Positions 38,505-47,010 of a stretch of DNA of 60,063 nt are shown here, piece after piece. The stretch covers positions 1 to 60,063 of the forward strand of contig JACPZE010000026.1 of the NCBI GenBank assembly GCA_016195685.1, given 5' to 3'. Origin of the DNA: Candidatus Gottesmanbacteria bacterium. GTDB taxonomy: Bacteria; Patescibacteriota; Microgenomatia; 2-02-FULL-39-11. Made by a program: the position numbers and the translations under genes. Under the pieces are notes generated by a model that did no database searches, had not been told where the DNA came from, and saw nothing but the letters and a program-made list of their open reading frames with translations. Within the stretch, counting starts at the first letter, position 1. Each line of letters starts with the position of its first letter.

Positions 38505-38515
38505 TAGTTCTTAAA

Positions 38516-39223
38516 TTAGAAGTCATTGGGATTCAATGGTGCGTAATTTCCCAAAGAATCTTTACACCGCAGTTCCTTACGAATATCCTGTGGACATTTA
38601 CCATCACCTCCACCGGTAAAGCCTCCGGAAGGAGAACAAAAATAAGTGCCATCTAATCTATATAATGGGTGCATTTGATCGCAACATGGTACTTGGTTAC
38701 GGAAATATAATTTCTCATTGTTATAGGTACATTCTTTTGATCCTCCCCAAAGAATAGATTTTAAAGCAAGAAGCATGCCTATTAAGACAAAGATAAAAAA
38801 AGTAATCAATGCCTTTACTGTACTTTTGATAAGTCTTCTGAGAGCTAATCCTCGTTTTTCGTTGTTTTTGATAAAGAAAACAAATGAGAATACGCAGAAG
38901 ATTAATTCGATAATGAACCAGTTGATTACGCAAAGAAGAAAAAAGACAATATATGTACTTTGATGAAGAAGACCTGATAATTGTCCTATTTCTTTTATTA
39001 TTGAAGATGAAAACCATATAATCCAAAAGACCGTGAGCACGATGAATATGATCAATGTTTTTTTGAGTCTTTTTATCAGAGAAAATTCTTCTTTCTTGAT
39101 TTTCGAGTAAATGAAGTGAAATATTCCAAAAAATATCTCTATAAATGACCAATTCCACAAAAATATAAGTGGGAAGAGGAAAATTCCTAACAAGATATCC
39201 ATCATGTCCAGTCTATTGCTCAA
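38516..39223 (-). CDS. hypothetical membrane protein with a Cys-rich C-terminal domain
   Basis: About 4 TM helices, then a tail with six Cys. Confidence 0.7.
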   Translation of the reverse strand: MSNRLDMMDILLGIFLFPLIFLWNWSFIEIFFGIFHFIYSKIKKEEFSLIKRLKKTLIIFIVLTVFWIIWFSSSIIKEIGQLSGLLHQSTYIVFFLLCVINWFIIELIFCVFSFVFFIKNNEKRGLALRRLIKSTVKALITFFIFVLIGMLLALKSILWGGSKECTYNNEKLYFRNQVPCCDQMHPLYRLDGTYFCSPSGGFTGGGDGKCPQDIRKELRCKDSLGNYAPLNPNDF

Positions 39224-39262
39224 GACTAATAATGTAAAGCTTTTGAAGATTAAAATGGAAGT

Positions 39263-41632
39263 CTAAACTTTCGATCTTTTCAGAAGTAGGGAATTAGATA
39301 CTACTGATATTGAAGAAGTAGCCATCGCAAGAGAAGCAAACATAGGATTTAAAAGTATTCCCCAGATAGGATAAAGGATTCCCATTGCTATAGGAATAAG
39401 TACTACATTATAAGCAAAAGCCCAAAATAGATTGAATTTAATAGTTCGCATAGTTTTTTTGGAAAGATTTATCGCTATAGCTACGGATTTCAATTCTTTA
39501 TTTATAAGTGTAATATCCGCCGCCTCGATAGCTACATCAGTCCCGCTACCCATGGCAATTCCTACATCGGCGGAAGCAAGTGCAGGTGCATCATTTATAC
39601 CGTCACCGACAAAAGCAATTACATTTTTAGATTTTAATTTACGGGTCCTGCCGCTCAGGTATCCCAAGCGACGATACATCTCCGCTTGGGACCCCTCCTT
39701 CGCGTCACCCGTAGTTAAAATTATTGTTTTATCTCTTAAATTCTGCACGATTTTCTCTTTCTCCTGAGGTAAAACTTCAGCAAAAACCTTATCTTTATCT
39801 ATTCCTGCAAGTTTTCCTATAGCTTGGGCTGTTTGAGTATTGTCTCCTGTGACCATATAAACATCGATTTTCATCTTCTTGAGTGTATTTACGGCCTCTC
39901 TTGCATCGGGTTTAAGAGTATCGGCTATAGCAAAGAGAGCAACATTTTTCTTATTGATAGCTACATAGGCTAAAGTTTTTCCTTCTTTAGCCCACAGATT
40001 TGCTTTTTTATCCAGTTCACTGCAACGCATGACTTTTTCCTTTTCCATAAGCTTCTTATTACCCACAAGAATATTGACTCCATCTGCCCTTCCTTGTATT
40101 CCATGTCCTTCAATTGCATAAACTTTATCAGTTTTTAATTCCCTGGCTTTATTTTTTAAATATTCAATGATAGCAAAAGATAATGAGTGCTCTGAGTGTT
40201 TTTCCAGAGAATAGATTAATGAAGAAATATAATCGTGAATTGATAAATTATTAGGGATATTAATACCTAAGTCAGTCCCAACATCATCAAGCTTTTCCAT
40301 GAAAGAGAAATCAGTGACTTTGGGTTTTCCGGATGTCAAAGTACCGGTTTTGTCAAAAATAACAGCGTTTATCTTATGTGCAAGTTCCAGACTTTCAGCA
40401 TCTTTAATAAGTATTCCATGTTGGGCACCTAATCCTGTTCCTACCATAATTGCAGTAGGGGTAGCCAGACCCATCGCACAGGGACAGGCAATGATCAAAA
40501 CTGCAATAGCATTAAGCATGGCAAATAGAAAAACAGGTGTTGGACCAAAAATGTACCATACAACGAAAGTAAAAATGGCCAGCATAATCACAATTGGTAC
40601 AAAGTAAGAAGATATTATATCTGCAATTCGTTGTATTGGCGCTTTACTTCCTTGGGCTTCTTGGACGAGCTTAATTATCTGGGCGAGCATGGTGTCGCTT
40701 CCGATTTTAGTTGCCTTGAAAGTAAAAGAGCCTGTTTTATTGATAGTTGCCCCAATTACGTTATCTTCTTTACCTTTCTCAACGGGAATACTTTCTCCGG
40801 TAACCATGGATTCATCGATCGATGATTGGCCTTCAATAATAATTCCGTCAACTGGAATTTTTTCTCCGGGACGAACGCGGATCAAATCTCCGATCATAAC
40901 TTCTTCTATCGGAATATCAATTTCTTTACCGTTTCGAATTACTCGAGCTGTTTTTGCCTGAAGGCCTATCAATTTCTTAATCGCTTCAGATGTTCCGGCT
41001 TTTGCCCGCGCTTCTAAATATCGGCCCAAGAGTATTAGAGAGATTATGATGGTGGCTACGTCGAAGTAGGGAAGGGGTTCTATACCGGTATTTTTTATAA
41101 ACTGTGGTAAAAAAGTTACAAATACCGAGTATCCATAGGCTACAGTAGTACCGAAGGCAACCAATGTATCCATGTTGGCAGTTCGATGACGTAGGGCTGG
41201 AATTGTAGCGCGGTAAAAGATGGAGCCGATCCAAAACTGGACAGGAGTAGCCAAAAATAATTGGAAGTAGAAATTTTTTAGGATAAATGGTGCAGTATCC
41301 ATGAGTCCCGGGAAGCTGCCCCAAAGTATAAGTCCTCCAATAATCAGGCTGAAAATTACTTTATCCCGTAATTCAATTAATTCCTTTTTCTTTTCTAACT
41401 CTTCCGAAGACTTATTATTTTCTTCAGCTAGTATCGCTTTATAACCGACATTCACAACTGCCGTTTCCAGATCAATATCTTTGACTTTTTGAGGATCGAT
41501 AGTAACTGTAGCTTTCTCGGTAGCTAGATTGACGTTGGCATCTGTGACACCAGCTACTCTCCCTAAGGATTTCTCCAATACTCTAACGCACGATGCGCAA
41601 TGCATGCCTTTGATGGTAAAAATTTTTTTCAC
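39263..41632 (-). CDS. copA: P1B-type copper-translocating ATPase carrying a repeat-derived insertion
   Basis: GMHCASC, TGES, CPC, DKTGT, GDGIND, YN; ~30-aa insert before NVIAFVGDG. Confidence 0.95.
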   Translation of the reverse strand: MKKIFTIKGMHCASCVRVLEKSLGRVAGVTDANVNLATEKATVTIDPQKVKDIDLETAVVNVGYKAILAEENNKSSEELEKKKELIELRDKVIFSLIIGGLILWGSFPGLMDTAPFILKNFYFQLFLATPVQFWIGSIFYRATIPALRHRTANMDTLVAFGTTVAYGYSVFVTFLPQFIKNTGIEPLPYFDVATIIISLILLGRYLEARAKAGTSEAIKKLIGLQAKTARVIRNGKEIDIPIEEVMIGDLIRVRPGEKIPVDGIIIEGQSSIDESMVTGESIPVEKGKEDNVIGATINKTGSFTFKATKIGSDTMLAQIIKLVQEAQGSKAPIQRIADIISSYFVPIVIMLAIFTFVVWYIFGPTPVFLFAMLNAIAVLIIACPCAMGLATPTAIMVGTGLGAQHGILIKDAESLELAHKINAVIFDKTGTLTSGKPKVTDFSFMEKLDDVGTDLGINIPNNLSIHDYISSLIYSLEKHSEHSLSFAIIEYLKNKARELKTDKVYAIEGHGIQGRADGVNILVGNKKLMEKEKVMRCSELDKKANLWAKEGKTLAYVAINKKNVALFAIADTLKPDAREAVNTLKKMKIDVYMVTGDNTQTAQAIGKLAGIDKDKVFAEVLPQEKEKIVQNLRDKTIILTTGDAKEGSQAEMYRRLGYLSGRTRKLKSKNVIAFVGDGINDAPALASADVGIAMGSGTDVAIEAADITLINKELKSVAIAINLSKKTMRTIKFNLFWAFAYNVVLIPIAMGILYPIWGILLNPMFASLAMATSSISVVSNSLLLKRSKV
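39642..39711. repeat. family A palindromic element in frame inside copA
   Basis: 62/70 identical to the intergenic copy at 43540-43609. Confidence 0.92.
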
Positions 41633-41639
41633 ATTCGCT

Positions 41640-41683
41640 CCCTTCGTTCCTCAGGATAAACCCTTCGGTTGCTCAGTGTAAAC
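41640..41683. repeat. two tandem family C REP-like units
   Basis: cccttcgttcctcaggataaac then cccttcggttgctcagtgtaaac. Confidence 0.75.
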
Positions 41684-41689
41684 ATATTT

Positions 41690-42043
41690 TTATTTAACAA
41701 TAATTTTTCCATGAAACATACTCATACCGCAGGAGAAGGGGAACGTACCAGTTGATTTAGGCGTTATGACAACGCTTACTTTTTCATTCAGCGGCAGATA
41801 TTTTTTAATCTTAAACTCCGGTAAAATTACTTCCTCAAGACAAGAATTCTGGTCTTTTCTTATAAAATTTAGAGTCGTGGCTTGGTTTTGTTTCAATGCT
41901 ATATTGGAAGGATTATATCCGCCGTCAACTGTAATATCTATTTCATCTTTTGCCTCTACAGCTTCCTCTTTTTTGCCAAAGAAAAACCAGTAGGTGAAAA
42001 TTACTCCAATCAAACCGGTTATTATAACGATGAATTTATCCAT
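41690..42043 (-). CDS. membrane-anchored cupredoxin (CupA-like)
   Basis: TM helix, GGYNP, SCLEEV, FSCGMSM. Confidence 0.88.
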   Translation of the reverse strand: MDKFIVIITGLIGVIFTYWFFFGKKEEAVEAKDEIDITVDGGYNPSNIALKQNQATTLNFIRKDQNSCLEEVILPEFKIKKYLPLNEKVSVVITPKSTGTFPFSCGMSMFHGKIIVK

Positions 42044-42308
42044 TTTTTTGCGATTTTTTAAATACTGCCATCACTTCATCTATGACTTCTTTTGAGTTTC
42101 CCTTCTTGATGGCATCAACGACACATGTATTTAAATGATTATTAAGAACCAATGAATCAATTTCCTTCAGCGCAGCTTCTACCGCTTGTAGTTGATGAAG
42201 TACATCTATACAGTAAACATCTCTCTCTACCATTTCCCGGACTTTTTTCAGATGTCCTTCGGTGATCTGCAGTCTTCTGATAATTGATGATCTATTACCA
42301 TTTCTCAT
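42036..42308 (-). CDS. csoR: CsoR-family copper-sensing repressor
   Basis: RLQITEGHL, YCIDVLHQ, NHLNTCV (Cys-His-Cys ligands). Confidence 0.9.
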   Translation of the reverse strand: MRNGNRSSIIRRLQITEGHLKKVREMVERDVYCIDVLHQLQAVEAALKEIDSLVLNNHLNTCVVDAIKKGNSKEVIDEVMAVFKKSQKNG

Positions 42309-42312
42309 CTTA

Positions 42313-42366
42313 TATCCCCTAGGGGGGGATAGGGATAATATAACAGAGTCAACAACCGGATGTCAA
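42313..42366 (-). promoter_or_regulatory. csoR-cupA-copA promoter with a CsoR-type operator
   Basis: Minus-strand TTGACA-18-TATATT; G/C-tract palindrome TATCCCC-TAGGG-GGGGATA at 42313-42331. Confidence 0.78.
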
Positions 42367-42400
42367 GTATATACTTTATGCTTTATACTGAAAGTGAGAG

Positions 42401-42715
42401 ATGAATTATCTTATCTGGTTATTTATTTTCGTTTGGATCCCTACAATAGTTCTTTGGACATTTAAATTCCCACTACTTTGGAGATACAAAAAAACCCTTC
42501 TTTATGCCATGATTTTTGCTGTTGTATTTAGTTTCCCCTGGGATGTTATCGCTATACATCTCCGTATCTGGTACTTCCCGAATGGGAAAAATCTAGGAAT
42601 AAAAATATTTGAAGTGCCTTTGGAGGAATTGTTATTTATGATGACGGTGACATTATTGATAGGTTCAATCACCATATTACTTAAATATAAAAAGGACTAT
42701 AAAAGAGGGGATTAA
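42401..42715 (+). CDS. lycopene-cyclase-domain membrane protein (CrtYc/d-like)
   Basis: PWDVIAI..RIWYF..LGIKI..VPLEELLF. Confidence 0.8.
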   Translation: MNYLIWLFIFVWIPTIVLWTFKFPLLWRYKKTLLYAMIFAVVFSFPWDVIAIHLRIWYFPNGKNLGIKIFEVPLEELLFMMTVTLLIGSITILLKYKKDYKRGD

Positions 42716-42717
42716 TA

Positions 42718-43122
42718 ATGGTGAATATACAATTTGCATATCTTATATCTATAATGATTTTTGCCGGATTTCCATTAATACTGGAAATAATTTTTGGATA
42801 TCATTTGATTAAACAATTTTTGAGAAAATTGTTTGTTCCAATTATTATTGCTTTAATTCTTACCCCAATTTTGGAAAATGTAGCTTTCTTTTTAGACGTA
42901 TGGCATTTTAATCCTGAGAGAAATTTAAAAATAGTAATATTTGGGGATGTTTTGGAGACTTATATTTTTGCAGTTTTGGTTTTATCGGCAGTTTATTTTG
43001 CTGTCTGTTCCTGGACTTTTTATGAAGATAGGGGTAAACCGATTATAAGAACGAGTCTTTATGATTTATTCCATGGGACTTATGCGATTTGGAGAAAAAA
43101 TAAGACTTCAAAATGTAAATAA
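42718..43122 (+). CDS. second, degenerate lycopene-cyclase-domain membrane protein
   Basis: Same topology (LENVAF..DVWHFNP..LKI..DVLETYIF); PxEE motif altered. Confidence 0.55.
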   Translation: MVNIQFAYLISIMIFAGFPLILEIIFGYHLIKQFLRKLFVPIIIALILTPILENVAFFLDVWHFNPERNLKIVIFGDVLETYIFAVLVLSAVYFAVCSWTFYEDRGKPIIRTSLYDLFHGTYAIWRKNKTSKCK

Positions 43123-43191
43123 CTACTTTTCAAAAGGATCATTTTCTGATAATATTCAATTATGAATTCAATAAAGTAAAAGAGGGATTAT

Positions 43192-43515
43192 ATGTCAGAC
43201 GTTACAGTTACTGATTCCACATTTGATACAGAAGTCGTTAAATCCACTACACCAGTATTAGTTGATTTCTGGGCAGTTTGGTGCGGACCATGCCGTATGC
43301 AGGATCCGATTCTTGAAGAAATTATAAAAGAGTACAAGGGGAAAGTGAAAATTACGAAGTTAAATGTAGATGAGAATCCACAGTCAGCAGCAAAATATGG
43401 AGTTATGAGTATCCCCACATTGCTACTTTTCAAAAATGGAGAGATAGTCAAACAGATGATAGGGGTGCAGAGTAAAGAGACGTTGGTAGAGGAATTTAAA
43501 AAAGTTGTGAGTTAA
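43192..43515 (+). CDS. trxA: thioredoxin
   Basis: [17 protein letters not shown]. Confidence 0.96.
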   Translation: MSDVTVTDSTFDTEVVKSTTPVLVDFWAVWCGPCRMQDPILEEIIKEYKGKVKITKLNVDENPQSAAKYGVMSIPTLLLFKNGEIVKQMIGVQSKETLVEEFKKVVS

Positions 43516-43539
43516 TATTTAAGCTCGCATTATGATTTA

Positions 43540-43609
43540 CGGGTCCTGCCGCTCGGGTATCCCATACTACGATACATCTCCGTCTGGGATCCCTCCCTCG
43601 CGTCACCCG
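43540..43609. repeat. family A palindromic element (intergenic), followed by a degenerate heptamer run at 43627-43680
   Basis: 62/70 identical to the copA copy. Confidence 0.92.
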
Positions 43610-43682
43610 TTGTTAAAACTAATGTTTGAAAATTAAGCATTGTAAATTCATTAAAAATTGAAAATTTAAAATTAAAAATTGT

Positions 43683-44630
43683 GTGAATATGTACGACATA
43701 ATTATTCTCGGTTCCGGCCCTGCAGGACTCACTGCTGGAATTTATGCAATACGGGCGGGGCATAAAACTCTGCTTATTCCCGGCATCCGCTGGGGTGGGC
43801 AACTCATGTTGACAACACTGGTTGAAAACTATCCTGGATTTGTAGATGGTATCCAAGGACCAGATCTGATGATGGATATGCGTAAACAGGCAGAAAGGCT
43901 TGGAGTAGAGTTTTTGAATACTGATTTTACCCAGGCAGATTTTTCATCAAAACCCTTTAAAATTACTGCAGATGGGAAAGTTTATGAGGCAAAGTCGGTG
44001 ATTATCGCCACCGGTGCAGACAGTATTTGGTTAAATATCCCAGGTGAGATGCAACTGAGGGGAAGAGGAGTATCTACTTGTGCTGTATGCGATGCGTTTT
44101 TCTTCAAAGGGCGCGATACAGTGGTTGTAGGAGGAGGGGACAGCGCTATGGAAGATGCATTGGTCCTCTCTAAGGTAGCAAAATCGGTAACCATAATTCA
44201 CAGGCGTGATAAATTCCGCGCCTCCAAAGCGATGCAGGATAGAGTTTTTAAAGAAGCAAAAATTAAAGTTTTATGGAATAAAACAGTCATCAAATATATA
44301 GGTACGGATCATGTTGCCGGAATAATTTTAAAGGATATTCAAACAGGCAAAGAGGAAGAATTTAAAACAGATGGAGTATTTTTAGCAATTGGACATAAAC
44401 CCAATACGGAAAAGTTTGTGGGGTTAGAATTGGATAGTAAAGGATATATAGTCAGAAAAGAAATAAAAGATGAGTCAGGACTCCTGGGGTATAGAACGGG
44501 AACGAGTGTTCCTGGTGTATTTGTGGGGGGAGACGTACATGATTACCGTTACAAACAGGCGATTACAGCAGCAGGTTTTGGCTGCATGGCGGCTCTAGAC
44601 GCGGACCGATGGCTCCAGGAAAATAAATAA
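43683..44630 (+). CDS. trxB: thioredoxin reductase
   Basis: GSGPAG, CAVCD, GGGDSA, GDV..Y.QAITAAG; ATG at 43689 is the likely start. Confidence 0.95.
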   Translation: MNMYDIIILGSGPAGLTAGIYAIRAGHKTLLIPGIRWGGQLMLTTLVENYPGFVDGIQGPDLMMDMRKQAERLGVEFLNTDFTQADFSSKPFKITADGKVYEAKSVIIATGADSIWLNIPGEMQLRGRGVSTCAVCDAFFFKGRDTVVVGGGDSAMEDALVLSKVAKSVTIIHRRDKFRASKAMQDRVFKEAKIKVLWNKTVIKYIGTDHVAGIILKDIQTGKEEEFKTDGVFLAIGHKPNTEKFVGLELDSKGYIVRKEIKDESGLLGYRTGTSVPGVFVGGDVHDYRYKQAITAAGFGCMAALDADRWLQENK

Positions 44631-44650
44631 TCTTCTTCATAAACATGTAG

Positions 44651-44679
44651 TTGACAAAGCATTTTAAATGTTTTAATAT
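44651..44679 (+). promoter_or_regulatory. sigma70-type promoter
   Basis: TTGACA-17-TAATAT. Confidence 0.65.
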
Positions 44680-44685
44680 AAGTGA

Positions 44686-44763
44686 TGTATATCACACAAA
44701 GTTGTGTGAACAAGACTGAGAAGTCTTCCAACGGTCTGAGGAGACCAGAGGGAGATTTTTTTT
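44686..44763 (+). ncRNA. candidate structured RNA: three hairpins, twin UGAG(A/G)A loops, alternative terminator
   Basis: tcacaca-aagt-tgtgtga, agac-tgagaa-gtct, ggtc-tgagga-gacc; gtcttcc can instead pair with gggagat ahead of T8. Confidence 0.5.
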
Positions 44764-44823
44764 ATGCAATTTGGTATGTATTTAAAGAAATTTTTTCGCA
44801 TCGTACTTTGGATTCTTTTTTAA
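44764..44823 (+). CDS. candidate 19-aa small ORF MQFGMYLKKFFRIVLWILF
   Basis: ATG follows GAGGGAG plus a T tract; may be a relic or not translated. Confidence 0.3.
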   Translation: MQFGMYLKKFFRIVLWILF

Positions 44824-44870
44824 GAAATAAATGTCTTCTTCTGTCCTAAGACTGTCTTTTCTATTGGTCG

Positions 44871-44899
44871 TTGACCATTAAATCTAAAGTTGCTAAACT
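44871..44899 (+). promoter_or_regulatory. promoter of the ser operon
   Basis: TTGACC-17-TAAACT with extended -10 TG. Confidence 0.75.
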
Positions 44900-44905
44900 A
44901 GTGGA

Positions 44906-45119
44906 CAAATTATAAAGACGTATAATACCGAATTCCATCGGTAGAGTCGCTTTACGAAAATCCCGCTCAGCGGGAATTAAGTAAAGCCGGGTATTCCCGT
45001 TACAGAAGAAATAAGAAAGTAATCAGAAATAACTGATTATTTAATTTAGGTGGTACCACGGAAGATAACTTTCGTCCTGAAATTCCGAGTTTTATCGTCG
45101 GAAAGTAAGGACTTTTTTT
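44906..45119 (+). promoter_or_regulatory. T-box riboswitch (ser) with an ultrashort stem I
   Basis: T-box aatttaggTGGTaccacg 45043-45060 with 3' strand ttcgtcct; AGTA 44980-44983; F-box CCCGTTA 44996-45002; hairpin taccga-atTCCa-tcggta 44926-44943; terminator gtcct...aggac plus T7 abutting the ATG. Confidence 0.87.
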
Positions 45120-47009
45120 ATGGATAAAACATATTTCATCATCGATTTTGACAGTACTTTTGTACAGGTAGAGACGCTGGAAGTTTTAGCAGAAGTTGCT
45201 CTTTTGAAAAACCCGAAGAGAGATTTCATATTGGAAAAAATAAGAAAGATAACAGAGCAGGGGATGAATGGTAAGATCAGTTACGAGAAATCATTGGGAG
45301 AAAGGTTGAAATTATTTCAAGCCAGCCAAAAAAATGTGGATGATCTGGTAAAGATATTGAAAAAGAAGATCACTCCATCCATAACGCGCAATAAAGAGTT
45401 TTTCAAAAAATATAAAGACAAGATATATATCATTTCCGGCGGATTTAAGGAATACATGGTACCACTTTTTAAAACTTTCAAGATAGAAAAAGATCATATT
45501 TTGGCTAATAATTTTATTTTTGACAAAAAAGGTTACATCGTGGGTGTTGATAAAAAAAATCCCCTGTCTCATGCCAGAGGCAAAGCGGCAATAATAAAGT
45601 CATTGCAGCTTAAAGGTAAAATTTATGTGATCGGTGATGGCTACACAGATTATGAAATCAAAAAAGCAGGACTCGCAGATAAATTTTTTGTCTTTCACGA
45701 AAATGTGAAAAGAGAAGCTGTAATCGGTAAGGCAGATCATCTTTTGCCGAACTTCGATGAATTTTTGTACCAGTTGGATTTGCCAAGGGCGTATTCTTAT
45801 CCCAAAAGTAAAATAAAAGTATTATTGTTGGAAAATATCCATAAAAATGCTTTTGAAATATTTCAAAAGGAAGGATATCAAGTGGAGTCACTAACTGGCT
45901 CTTTTGACGAGGAAGAACTAATAAGGAAACTCCAAGATGTAAATATAGTCGGCATAGGATCCAGAACGCAGATTAGCAAAAAAGTGATAGAGGAGGTTCC
46001 TAGACTTCTATCTGTAGCAAGATTTGGAATAGGAGTAAATAACATAGATCTGAAAACCTGTGCTGGGGCTGGTGTTGCGGTATTTAACGCACCATATAGT
46101 AATACTCGCAGTGTGGTGGAATTAGCATTGGGTGAGATAATCATGCTTTACAGGCGTGTTTTTGAAAAAAGCGATAAGCTACATCGCGGAATTTGGGATA
46201 AATCCGCCAAAAATTGTCATGAATTGAGAGGTAAGAAACTTGGTATCGTGGGTTATGGAAACATCGGGTCACAAATTTCTGTACTAGCTGAGATGCTGGG
46301 AATGGAGGTATATTTTTATGATATTTTGGAGAGATTGCCTCTTGGAAAAGCAATAGTCTGTACTTCTTTAAATGAGCTTTTGCGAATTTCAGATGTCATA
46401 AGTATCCATGTAGATGGTAGACGTGAAAACACAAACCTTATTGGCGAGAAAGAATTTAAGTTTATGAAAGATGGAGTCTTGTTTATAAATACCAGCCGGG
46501 GGTCGGTAGTAGATTTAGAGGCATTAGCGAAGTTTGTAAAAAGTGGCAAAGTGTTGGGTGTTGCATTGGATGTTTTCCCCAAAGAACCCAAAAGTAACGA
46601 TGAGAAGTTTGTCTCGATAATCCAAGGGTTGCCGAATGTTATACTCACGCCTCATATAGGCGGCAGATCAGAGGAAGCCCAGGCAGATATGGGTAAGTTT
46701 GTGCCAGAGAAAGTTATAAGTTTTATCAACACTGGTAATACTACATTGAGTCTTAATTTTCCCAACTTGCAACTGCCGCAGCTTAGAAACGCCCATAGAC
46801 TTATACATATACATCATAACGTGCCGGGAGTTTTGGCAAAGATAAACAATGTTTTAGCTGCGAATAAGATTAATATCGAGGGGCAGTACTTAAAAACTAA
46901 TGAGGAGATAGGATATGTGATTACCGATGTCGATAAGTCCTACGACAAGGATGTTTTACAAAAATTACGCCAGATTCCCGAAACAATCAAATTCAGGGTT
47001 TTATATTGA
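45120..47009 (+). CDS. serA: phosphoglycerate dehydrogenase with an N-terminal HAD phosphatase (SerB-SerA-ACT fusion)
   Basis: DFDST, ISGG and GDGYTD HAD motifs; GYGNIG, NTSRG, TPHIGG; C-terminal ACT domain HHNVPGVL. Confidence 0.92.
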   Translation: MDKTYFIIDFDSTFVQVETLEVLAEVALLKNPKRDFILEKIRKITEQGMNGKISYEKSLGERLKLFQASQKNVDDLVKILKKKITPSITRNKEFFKKYKDKIYIISGGFKEYMVPLFKTFKIEKDHILANNFIFDKKGYIVGVDKKNPLSHARGKAAIIKSLQLKGKIYVIGDGYTDYEIKKAGLADKFFVFHENVKREAVIGKADHLLPNFDEFLYQLDLPRAYSYPKSKIKVLLLENIHKNAFEIFQKEGYQVESLTGSFDEEELIRKLQDVNIVGIGSRTQISKKVIEEVPRLLSVARFGIGVNNIDLKTCAGAGVAVFNAPYSNTRSVVELALGEIIMLYRRVFEKSDKLHRGIWDKSAKNCHELRGKKLGIVGYGNIGSQISVLAEMLGMEVYFYDILERLPLGKAIVCTSLNELLRISDVISIHVDGRRENTNLIGEKEFKFMKDGVLFINTSRGSVVDLEALAKFVKSGKVLGVALDVFPKEPKSNDEKFVSIIQGLPNVILTPHIGGRSEEAQADMGKFVPEKVISFINTGNTTLSLNFPNLQLPQLRNAHRLIHIHHNVPGVLAKINNVLAANKINIEGQYLKTNEEIGYVITDVDKSYDKDVLQKLRQIPETIKFRVLY

Positions 47010-47010
47010 A

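Noticed and set aside
13586-43680. Tandem arrays and dispersed repeats as a CRISPR array
   Set aside because: No regularly spaced 23-47-nt repeats with unique spacers, and no cas genes.
43530-43856. Minus-strand ORF with a peptide nearly identical to part of CopA, as a copA fragment
   Set aside because: The similarity is confined to the family A repeat, read in the same frame.
44712-44746. TPP riboswitch or PyrR site, suggested by CUGAGA
   Set aside because: The other TPP helices and the PyrR CUUUAA / UCCAGAGAGG consensus are missing.
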